NCBI GenBank assembly: GCA_965369655.1
Contig: CBDUQR010000001.1
Location: forward strand, 96,001 to 160,000
DNA: 64,000 nucleotides
DNA from: an uncultured bacterium
GTDB lineage: Bacteria > Zixibacteria > MSB-5A5 > JAABVY01 > JAHJOQ01
Direction of reading: 5' to 3'
Below, one piece after another: positions 1 to 7,934 of this stretch. Both the position numbers and the translations under genes were made by a program. The notes under the pieces are model-generated. The model was not told the DNA's origin, searched no databases, and saw only the letters and a program-made list of their open reading frames with translations. Numbering within the stretch: position 1 is the first letter of the stretch; each line of letters starts with the position of its first letter.

Positions 1-1
1 C

Positions 2-307
2 GCTGGTGATCTGATGCTCGCGGGAAGGGTCAGGTCGAAAGGCTATGCGGACAGAGACAGGATTTCATACTCCGCAGAAAGCAAGTTCGAGACGGGAAGT
101 CCAGGGCATCGATCCGCACTGCTGATCCGCTGGTACGATCCCGACACGCGCAAAGACCGTGACCATTACCTGTACGGGTACATCAGGGAATCGTTTGACT
201 TGGATGATCTGATGAGATTCTCCCTGCTCATAAGCTCGCGGTTCGGTCCGGCTCAGAACACGGTCGGAAGCACCCGGTTGAGACTCGAAACAGTCTGGCG
301 GTTTTAG
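2..307 (+). CDS. 3' end of a probable outer-membrane beta-barrel protein (possibly ComEA/HhH-associated family); truncated by window edge
   Basis: Frame open from base 2; amphipathic beta-strand pattern ending in aromatic C-terminus (RLRLETVWRF); directly upstream of the lamin-tail/PorV-like genes. Confidence 0.5.
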   Translation, partial: AGDLMLAGRVRSKGYADRDRISYSAESKFETGSPGHRSALLIRWYDPDTRKDRDHYLYGYIRESFDLDDLMRFSLLISSRFGPAQNTVGSTRLRLETVWRF

Positions 308-310
308 ATC

Positions 311-1969
311 ATGTTCAGGATGCTTATCACATCGCTCTTCATGGTCTCAGCACTGTCCATTTCGACGCAGGCGAAGCTGCTTCTCAACGAAGTCATGTCT
401 AACGAACCGGGGAGAAATGTGTATCTCGAATGGGTGGAGATATGGAATTTCTCCGACACAGCGGTCAATCTCGACAAAACCGCTTTCGAGGATGGTGACA
501 AGTTGACCGATCTGAGCAGTCTCGGAGATGTCGGGGCGGGAGAGTTCGTGATCCTGGCAAGAGATGTCGTCGAGTTCGAACTGTATTATGGCGATGCGTC
601 GGGAGAGTGGGGCGACGATTCATCTGAAAACTACTCTCTCCTGTCGGCCTCGATGAGTCTTAGAAACGACATTGATTCTGTCGCCATTGTCGACTCGGCG
701 GGGGTCGTGATTTCATATTGCAGATGGTCATCGCCGTCACCTGACGGTATTTCGCTGGAAAGAATCGACCCGCGTTTCGAGGATGCCGCAGCATCATGGC
801 TCCAGAGCATGGCACCCACAGGTTCGACGCCGGGACGACGGAACTCAGTCACCCCCGGCGACAATGACCTTCAGTTGGGACTCGACGCAATAGTCACAGG
901 CGAGTTCCGCGATCAGCTTCAGGTGTCGGCCACGGTGAAGAATGTCGGCCTGCAAGTATCCGAGCCGAATATGTTCACTGCCGGTCTCGATATGAATTAT
1001 GACGGTGTTCTCGATAACGATGAGCTTTTCGTTGAGACGCCTGTCGATCCGCTTCAGCCGTTCGATTCCATCATAATACAAACGCAGCAGATGCTGATAT
1101 CCGGCAGGTATACTCTGATGGCAGGATTGCAAGGTGATGACAACACATCGGACAACGACACGACTTTGACTGTCAGGTTCGGGCTCGACCCGTCTGAGAT
1201 TGTCATCAACGAATTCCTTGCGAACCCTGAGAACACGCTCGAATCAGAGTGGATCGAACTGCTGAATGTCTCGGGTGAGAATCTTAATCTGTTGGGCTGG
1301 TATCTTTGCGATGCTGTCTCGTGCGCGGAACTTCCGGACATTCAGATCGGAGCAGGCGAGTATCTCATTTTGACACAGGACAAGTTGTCTTTCAGCGCGT
1401 TCTACTTCGATGTAGACGCTCAGGTGATCGAGATCGACAGCTGGCGACAGTTGAACAACAGCGGCGACACGATATTCCTTGTCGATCAATCCGGGCTGAT
1501 GATCGACTCCGTGATATACCTGAAAACAAACGACGACAATGTGTCGCTTGAGCGAATCGACCCCGGCAGCGTCGGTTTCGAGTTATCGAACTGGTATCGC
1601 TCCACAGCATCTCGCGGATCGACGCCGGGCGAGTCGAACAGCGTGCTCGGCGGCTTTGACACTGAATCAGTATTCAGCCTCAATCGAAAAATCATATCCC
1701 CCGACGGTGACGGCATCGATGATCTGATCGCCATCAGCTACAGACTTCCGAGAGAATCGGTGGTGACACTTCGCGTGTTCGACCTGGTGGGCAGAGTTGT
1801 GAGAACCATCTTCGACGGCGCGTATCTCGTCTCAGGTGAACATGATTTCGACGGTGTGTCCGATAACGGTGTGCCTCTCGTTATCGGCATTTACATAATG
1901 CTCGCCGAGGTGTCCGGCGATACTGAGTCGACTCACAGGCTCGTATTCGCGGTGGCAGGCAGGAAATGA
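311..1969 (+). CDS. Secreted lamin-tail domain protein (2x LTD, CARDB-like, C-terminal FlgD-Ig/T9SS-type sorting domain)
   Basis: Signal peptide; two 'NE..sNp....EWvEl.N ... SLERIDP ... GSTPG..NS' LTD repeats; C-terminal 'ISPDGDGIDD...VFDLVGRVVR...GIYI'. Confidence 0.85.
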   Translation: MFRMLITSLFMVSALSISTQAKLLLNEVMSNEPGRNVYLEWVEIWNFSDTAVNLDKTAFEDGDKLTDLSSLGDVGAGEFVILARDVVEFELYYGDASGEWGDDSSENYSLLSASMSLRNDIDSVAIVDSAGVVISYCRWSSPSPDGISLERIDPRFEDAAASWLQSMAPTGSTPGRRNSVTPGDNDLQLGLDAIVTGEFRDQLQVSATVKNVGLQVSEPNMFTAGLDMNYDGVLDNDELFVETPVDPLQPFDSIIIQTQQMLISGRYTLMAGLQGDDNTSDNDTTLTVRFGLDPSEIVINEFLANPENTLESEWIELLNVSGENLNLLGWYLCDAVSCAELPDIQIGAGEYLILTQDKLSFSAFYFDVDAQVIEIDSWRQLNNSGDTIFLVDQSGLMIDSVIYLKTNDDNVSLERIDPGSVGFELSNWYRSTASRGSTPGESNSVLGGFDTESVFSLNRKIISPDGDGIDDLIAISYRLPRESVVTLRVFDLVGRVVRTIFDGAYLVSGEHDFDGVSDNGVPLVIGIYIMLAEVSGDTESTHRLVFAVAGRK

Positions 1970-2781
1970 TGAGACCACTATTGACACTCATATTACTTGT
2001 TGCGCCTGTCACGGCTGCATTTGCAGCTTTCGATCAACCGTCTGCATCACCGCTGCTCGCATCATGCGGGGAAACGCCTGCGAATGTCGGATTTCCCGCC
2101 GCGACGATGTCACTCTGTCCCGCGCTGATCACTCGGTCGGCTGGAATGTTTGTCGAACTGTCGGCTCAAAGGCTCTACTCGCTGCCGGAACTTGACAGCT
2201 ATAATGCGGCGATTGCGTATAGCAAAGGACGATTCGCTATCGGCGGCAGCTTTAATTCTATCGGAGCGAACGACCTGTATCTCGAAACATCGCTGGAGTT
2301 TCACGCTGCTGCAAGTCTCACCCGTTTTCTCAGTATAGGCGGAACTCTGTCCTATAGGCGAGTCGATATAGCCGAAGGATATAGCAGCTTGAGCAGTCTC
2401 TCGTCAGGCGTCGGTCTAACCACCGAGTTGTCGGATCAATTACTCGCATACGCCACGATCGAAAATCCATTCGAACCGGAGATTGCCGCAGGTACAAAGA
2501 TTCGCAGGCAATTCAGGTCGGGAATCGTGCTGGCAGGTTTTGAGAAAGTCAACTTCGCGATGGGTATCAGTCTGCGCTCAGGTAATCATATAAGATACCA
2601 TCTCGGAGAGACATACAGGTTGTCGGATGCGTTCACTATCTCTGGCGGCATCATGACAGCCCCATTTGTCCCGTCGCTCGGATGCAGCTTCTCATTCAAT
2701 ATATTTGCTCTCTCCTATGCTTACAGGTATCATCCCGATCTCGGGGGGACCCATGTCTGGGGAATCTCGCTGTCGAGGTGA
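1966..2781 (+). CDS. PorV/PorQ-like outer-membrane beta-barrel protein
   Basis: Signal peptide, alternating beta-strands, C-terminal 'YAYRYHPDLGGTHVWGISL'; start overlaps stop of the LTD gene. Confidence 0.65.
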   Translation: MMRPLLTLILLVAPVTAAFAAFDQPSASPLLASCGETPANVGFPAATMSLCPALITRSAGMFVELSAQRLYSLPELDSYNAAIAYSKGRFAIGGSFNSIGANDLYLETSLEFHAAASLTRFLSIGGTLSYRRVDIAEGYSSLSSLSSGVGLTTELSDQLLAYATIENPFEPEIAAGTKIRRQFRSGIVLAGFEKVNFAMGISLRSGNHIRYHLGETYRLSDAFTISGGIMTAPFVPSLGCSFSFNIFALSYAYRYHPDLGGTHVWGISLSR

Positions 2782-2789
2782 CAGGAAGC

Positions 2790-2824
2790 TTGGCTATCGA
2801 CAAATAGAGAGTATATTATAGTAC
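2790..2824 (+). promoter_or_regulatory. Putative sigma70 promoter of dgt (probably leaderless)
   Basis: TTGGCT-16-TATATT, 7 nt before the ATG, no SD. Confidence 0.4.
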
Positions 2825-4003
2825 ATGAGTCCATTGAAAGACATTCTCAACTCGCGCCTGCGGATCGAGAAGACCGAAAAGGAGACCCTCGCGCCGTATG
2901 CCGCTCTGAGCGGCGAGTCGAGAGGCAGACGATATCCGGAGGAAGATCATCCCTTTCGGACAGGGTTCCAGCGCGACAGAGACCGGGTCATTCACTCCGC
3001 CGCTTTCAGGAGGCTGGAGTACAAGACGCAGGTGTTCGTAAACAGCGAGGGCGATCACTTCCGCACAAGGCTGACTCACACGCTCGAGGTCGCACAGATT
3101 TCCCGAACGATAGCGCGAGGACTCAGGCTCAACGAAGACCTCGCCGAGACCATAGCGTTGGTCCACGACCTTGGTCATACGCCGTTCGGTCACGCGGGAG
3201 AGAATATCCTGGACAGTCTGATGATGAAACACGCTGGCGGGAGTTTCAATCATAACAGGCAGAGCCTCAGAATCGTCGAGCATATCGAGCGGAGATACCC
3301 CGATTTCCCCGGGCTGAACCTGACCTACGAGACGAGAGAAGGTATAGTCAAACATGAGACGTCGTATGATCTGCCCGAGGCGGATGACTACGAGCCGGAT
3401 CTAAGCGCCACGCTTGAGGCACAGATAGTCAACTTCGCCGATGAAATCGCCTACAACTGCCACGATGTCGACGATGGTCTCTTCTCCGATATCCTTAAGC
3501 TCGATGACATTATGGATGTACCGCTCTGGCGTGAGCTTTATTTCCAATCGGAGAAACTTCACCCCGGCCTTTCCAGATCGAAGCGTCAGTTCCATGTCAT
3601 ACGAATGATGATAAACCGCGAGGTGACCGACGTAATCGACAGTTCCGCCGGACAACTCGACCAGATGAATATCGAATCCCTTGACGATGTACGACGATGT
3701 AAGAATCGGCTGATGCTCTTCTCTGCCGAGCTTGTCGAACAGAACAATCGCCTGAAAGAATTCCTCTTGGAGAACATGTACCGGCATTGGAAATTGATCA
3801 GGATGACCGGGAAGGCTCACCGCATCATAACAGCCCTTTTCGAGGCGTACCTCGAAGAGCCTCGACAACTTCCGCCAAGCTACAGCAGAAAGACCGAGGA
3901 GAGTTCGGTGACGCAGATCATCTGCGACTACATCGCCGGCATGACGGATCGTTTCGCGCTCCTCGAGTACCGGCGGCTGTTCGATCCGAGCGAGCCGGTA
4001 TGA
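2825..4003 (+). CDS. dgt: Deoxyguanosinetriphosphate triphosphohydrolase (HD-family dGTPase)
   Basis: Motifs FQRDRDRVIHSAAFRRL, RTRLTHTLEV, HDLGHTPFGHAGE, ADEIAY..HD.DD, DYIAGMTDRFA. Confidence 0.95.
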   Translation: MSPLKDILNSRLRIEKTEKETLAPYAALSGESRGRRYPEEDHPFRTGFQRDRDRVIHSAAFRRLEYKTQVFVNSEGDHFRTRLTHTLEVAQISRTIARGLRLNEDLAETIALVHDLGHTPFGHAGENILDSLMMKHAGGSFNHNRQSLRIVEHIERRYPDFPGLNLTYETREGIVKHETSYDLPEADDYEPDLSATLEAQIVNFADEIAYNCHDVDDGLFSDILKLDDIMDVPLWRELYFQSEKLHPGLSRSKRQFHVIRMMINREVTDVIDSSAGQLDQMNIESLDDVRRCKNRLMLFSAELVEQNNRLKEFLLENMYRHWKLIRMTGKAHRIITALFEAYLEEPRQLPPSYSRKTEESSVTQIICDYIAGMTDRFALLEYRRLFDPSEPV

Positions 4004-4245
4004 TAAGATTGGATTGGCTGTCTGTATTGCATTAGTGTGAATCGCATTTCACATTCCTGAACCTTCTCCAACCCGTTCTCACTTCCCCTTGATGCTGTTC
4101 ACTGCTTGAACACCTGGGCTTGCAGTATGTATTTCAAAGAGTTGAGTCCTGATCATATCCGCTAAAAGCCAGCCCCAACTTCTAAGAGTATTGGGCACAC
4201 GCGTTGCTCGACTATCTGAATGCGACAACACAATCAGGAGACATC

Positions 4246-4623
4246 ATGGAATGCTACTTCACATCCAATCTGATTGATTCGGAATCAGACAATCACAACG
4301 CTTTGCTCTCGTTCGCTGTGCCGGAATACGGGATAGTGTTCAGGGCGCAGTTCTCCGGGAAAGAGACAGAGTGCGAATATGCTTCTCTCTTGAGTCTTCT
4401 TGAATTCGTCGAGATAAACCCTCAGCTTTTCAAGAACAAGACAGTCGAAATATACGGTGACAGCACTATCGTGGTGAATCAGGTAAATGACAAGATGTAT
4501 TGCAACAAGCAGCTCGAACCATTTCGCAAGATGGCTCAGTTGTTCAGAAAGAAAATACCATACGTTCTTAATTATATCCCACCCAAAGAAAACCCGGCCC
4601 AGAAGGATATCGCCGCGCCATAG
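4246..4623 (+). CDS. RNase HI-like (RVT_3/RNase H fold) protein, probably catalytically degenerate
   Basis: SD CAGGAG before ATG 4246; 'ECEYASLL..LE', 'VEIYGDSTIVVNQVN', 'YIPPKENPA' match archaeal-type RNase HI. Confidence 0.7.
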   Translation: MECYFTSNLIDSESDNHNALLSFAVPEYGIVFRAQFSGKETECEYASLLSLLEFVEINPQLFKNKTVEIYGDSTIVVNQVNDKMYCNKQLEPFRKMAQLFRKKIPYVLNYIPPKENPAQKDIAAP

Positions 4624-4629
4624 CTTCAC

Positions 4630-4720
4630 GGCTCCAGACAGAGCACGGTGGACGGCAGACGACCCCGCAAAGTCCTGAGTCTCGAAGGGCAAGTCCTGAG
4701 CTTCGAAGGATCTGCCCCTT
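4630..4720. repeat. REP-like palindromic cluster (GGCAGACG...GTCCTGAGNNTCGAAGG x2...TCTGCCC)
   Basis: Similar unit at about 19181-19243; GTCCTGAG..GAAGG core also near 57459. Confidence 0.7.
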
Positions 4721-4750
4721 TTCAGTCACAGTTGAATCGGCAGATGTGGA

Positions 4751-4905
4751 GAGGTAGTCTCAAAAGTAGGTCGTGTTCCGAACACGAGACACGAGTGTGA
4801 GAAACGCGACAAATATATCTTGTTGAACTACAGTCGGGTTTCTTGCAGGCTCCGCCTGCTGCGGAACACCGACCTACTGAAGAACAGACCTTTTGGGACA
4901 GCCTC
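4751..4905. mobile_element. MITE copy 1 (TIR GAGGTAGTCTCAAAA / TTTTGGGACAGCCTC), TGGA direct duplication
   Basis: Flanked by CGGCAGATG-TGGA and TGGA-CATCTGCCG; interior holds a GTAGGTCG...CGACCTAC inverted pair. Confidence 0.75.
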
Positions 4906-4984
4906 TGGACATCTGCCGAGCACGTGCTCGCAATGACAGCTTTATTTAAGTAGCTTCACTCAGTCATCCGGTGTTCAAATTCGA

Positions 4985-5019
4985 TTGACTTCGACTGGGC
5001 GCCGCTCTACTATTCTGTT
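4985..5019 (+). promoter_or_regulatory. Sigma70 promoter of holA (probably leaderless)
   Basis: TTGACT-17-TACTAT, 6 nt before ATG 5020. Confidence 0.55.
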
Positions 5020-6066
5020 ATGGCTCAGGATCCGAAGAGCAAACTCGGACTGGAGGAGATGTGTGCCGCTATCGAAAAGGGCAGGATCGACCCGGTCTAT
5101 TTCCTGAACGGCAGCGAAGAGTATCTCAAGATCGAGGTGCTGGCACTGCTCCGGCGCCAGTTGTTTGGCGACGCGAAGGCTTCGGCGAATGTCGAGCGAA
5201 TAACGGCAACCTCCGGCTCAGCACAGACTATTGCAGACCTCGTGTCAGACTACTCGCTATTCAGCGGCGGGCGACTCGTGATTGTTTATGATATTCAAAA
5301 ACTATCGCCCAAGGGTCAGGAAACGCTCATCCCATCTCTGTCGTCCATACCGCAGGGCAATCATCTCGTGATCTTCGGCCCGCCATCGTTTGATCGTCGC
5401 AGGAAACTATTCAAGTACCTTGCGCAGAATACAACATGGGCAACCCTGCTGCCACTTAGCGAGAAATCCGCGCCATACTGGATCAAACGCAGGTTCAAGC
5501 AGCACGGCATTGCGATCTCTCAGCCCGCTGTCGATAAGCTGCTCAGATTCGTCGGGCATTCCTACGGCCTTCTCGCCACTCAGATCGACAAACTCGCAAT
5601 CGCATTCTCAGGCAAAGAGGAAATCGAGGTTGCAGATATCGAGAGCCATACCGCAGCCGCCGCGGAATATGACGTGTTCCGGCTTCTCAATGCTGTCGGG
5701 AAGAATGATCGTCCGAGGTCGCTCGAAGCACTCAACCGACTCCTCGAACGATCCGACGGCGTCGGTTCTGTCCTGTACTGGCTTGCCGAAACGAATTTCC
5801 AGAACTTCTACATAGAGTGCAACAAGGAGAAAATGTCGAGATCGGAGCTATCCTCTCGCCTTCGCGTTTCGCCGAAAAAACTGAATTGGCTGCTCCGCGA
5901 GTCATCCAGACATCCAGTCGGATATTACGAAGAATCCATCAGGTCGATCACCGAGGCGGAGATATCGATAAGGTTCGATCAAATTCCACCTCGGATCATA
6001 CTCGAAAGCCTGATAATTTCTCTGACGGCGCAGAACGACGGGAATAAACAAGCCGGGCGATTGTAA
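5020..6066 (+). CDS. holA: DNA polymerase III delta subunit
   Basis: 'PVYFLNGSEEYL', 'SLFSGGRLVIV', 'TQIDKL', 'DVFRLLNAV' and length typical of HolA. Confidence 0.9.
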   Translation: MAQDPKSKLGLEEMCAAIEKGRIDPVYFLNGSEEYLKIEVLALLRRQLFGDAKASANVERITATSGSAQTIADLVSDYSLFSGGRLVIVYDIQKLSPKGQETLIPSLSSIPQGNHLVIFGPPSFDRRRKLFKYLAQNTTWATLLPLSEKSAPYWIKRRFKQHGIAISQPAVDKLLRFVGHSYGLLATQIDKLAIAFSGKEEIEVADIESHTAAAAEYDVFRLLNAVGKNDRPRSLEALNRLLERSDGVGSVLYWLAETNFQNFYIECNKEKMSRSELSSRLRVSPKKLNWLLRESSRHPVGYYEESIRSITEAEISIRFDQIPPRIILESLIISLTAQNDGNKQAGRL

Positions 6067-6068
6067 GG

Positions 6069-6644
6069 ATGAAGACGGAATCGGCACGAGAGAGTCGACC
6101 TGACGAATCTGCTCTCATCGGCAAGGCAAGAAAAGGCGACAAGGAAGCTTTCTCGCAACTGGTAAGGCTGCATCAGAAGCGTATCTATTACCTCGTTTAC
6201 CGATTCTGCAGGGATCATGACGCCGCCGATGATCTTGCTCAGGAAACGTTTGTGAAGGCGTATATGGCACTCGATTCGTTTCGCGAGGAATTCAGGTTTT
6301 CGAGCTGGATTTCGACAATCGCCACAAACCTCGCGCTGAATCATCTCAGGCGTCAGAAACGCCAGGTGTCGACTGAGGATTATCCGATCGAGGAGATCAT
6401 TGCCGATCCCAACCCGGGGGCGGATCCGGCAAGGAGGCTGGCCGACAAGGAGATCATGGCCAAACTTGACGATGAAGTCGACAAACTGCCACCGGAGTTC
6501 AAGGCGGTGTTCGTGCTGAGGATGCACGAGGAACTCAGTTACGAAGATATCGCGGGAAGACTCGGCATAGAAATCGGGACTGTGATGTCGCGACTCTACC
6601 GCGCGCGGACAAGGCTGAAGAAAGCGCTGGAGGAATACCTGTGA
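6069..6644 (+). CDS. ECF-family RNA polymerase sigma-70 factor
   Basis: Region 2 'DDLAQETFVKAY..FSSWI..IATN'; region 4 'LSYEDIA..LGIEIGTVMSRLYRAR'. Confidence 0.95.
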   Translation: MKTESARESRPDESALIGKARKGDKEAFSQLVRLHQKRIYYLVYRFCRDHDAADDLAQETFVKAYMALDSFREEFRFSSWISTIATNLALNHLRRQKRQVSTEDYPIEEIIADPNPGADPARRLADKEIMAKLDDEVDKLPPEFKAVFVLRMHEELSYEDIAGRLGIEIGTVMSRLYRARTRLKKALEEYL

Positions 6645-7867
6645 GCGAGATCAATCACGATCAGTTCGAGGCCTGGATAAACAGGTATCTCGACGGCGAA
6701 CTCACGGACAATGAGTTCGAGCAATATCTCCGGAGCTTCGATGCAAGTCTCGACCTTGAGAAACTCAGACTGCTGAGGACTCGCATCGAGAGGATCGAGG
6801 AGCTATACAGGCAGATCGAGGAACCGGCTGTCCCGGATGGCTACTGGGATGAGTTTGCGGATCGAGTCACCGCAAGACTTTCACCAGACACCCGGCCATC
6901 ACTGAAGGATAGAATCCTCGCTTTGTTTTCTCCCAGCCGATGGCCCAACGCAACTTACAGGTATGCTGGCGCTGTCGCATCGGTGCTGGTCGTGTTCCTG
7001 ATCGGCAAATCTTTGATGAAGAGCGGAAGCGATGAGTATATGCCACATGATTTTCCTGCGGCAATAGTTGAGCAGCTTCCACCGTCATCAAGCAAACAGG
7101 TCTCCGATGACAAACGAGGGGATATCGAAAGCGTAGTAGAAGCAGAACCTAAACAGGTGATCGAGCATGCTGAGCAGCAGGACGATGAATCAGAGCCTGT
7201 CCAGCCCGCGATATCCATAGCGTCCGAGGCACTGAAGAAATCGAGTTCGGAGATTCGCGATGAAATGACAGGCGCAGACGACATCGTGGTTGAGTCAGAT
7301 ATGGAAATCGAAACGGGTGCCGCTCAGTCCGTCGTCGAAACATCGGCACCGAGCGAATCCATAGAAGATCTCGTACCACCGTCAGTCGATGCAGTAGTAC
7401 CGCAGTCATTAACCGAAGAATCAAAGATCGAACCGCTCGCGATTTCGCTCGAAGAACCGGAGGAAAAGGTTGTTGCAGACAAGATTGAGCGGCGCTCAGA
7501 AACAGACAAATCGCTTACATATATGAAAACAAGCGCAGTTGAATCGGACATAGAGCCATCCGCCGTATCAGTGGACAGAGGACGCACTGCCTGGAATTAT
7601 GACAACTGGGATCTCGACAGCCTGCGTGCGCAACTGAGCCTATATGAAGAACTCCCGGCCGATTCATTGTCTGCAGACTCTGCGTTCATCGAGATTGCAG
7701 AAATCAAGTCGTCGATTGCGTTCATAACCCGCGACTCCACAGATGTTTACGATGCAATCTGCGCGATCGACTCACTACTTATCCACAACCCCGACGCAGA
7801 CACTCAGAGATGGACCGTGAGACGGGCGCATCTCGATAGAATCCTCGAAAATCTTAATAACAGGTAG
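6641..7867 (+). CDS. Putative membrane-anchored anti-sigma factor
   Basis: Overlaps sigma stop; N-terminal 'YLDGEL' anti-sigma-like domain, one TM helix, long acidic disordered region, helical C-terminus. Confidence 0.7.
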   Translation: MSEINHDQFEAWINRYLDGELTDNEFEQYLRSFDASLDLEKLRLLRTRIERIEELYRQIEEPAVPDGYWDEFADRVTARLSPDTRPSLKDRILALFSPSRWPNATYRYAGAVASVLVVFLIGKSLMKSGSDEYMPHDFPAAIVEQLPPSSSKQVSDDKRGDIESVVEAEPKQVIEHAEQQDDESEPVQPAISIASEALKKSSSEIRDEMTGADDIVVESDMEIETGAAQSVVETSAPSESIEDLVPPSVDAVVPQSLTEESKIEPLAISLEEPEEKVVADKIERRSETDKSLTYMKTSAVESDIEPSAVSVDRGRTAWNYDNWDLDSLRAQLSLYEELPADSLSADSAFIEIAEIKSSIAFITRDSTDVYDAICAIDSLLIHNPDADTQRWTVRRAHLDRILENLNNR

Positions 7868-7934
7868 ATTCTCGGGAATATTGCTCCCTCCCATTTGTAA
7901 TTTTAGCAGAAGACAAATTCAATGGGAGGTCAAA

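Noticed and set aside
4004-4245. 6S RNA or retron-like ncRNA upstream of the RNase H-like gene
   Set aside because: Only short end complementarity; no long rod structure I could support and no RT nearby.
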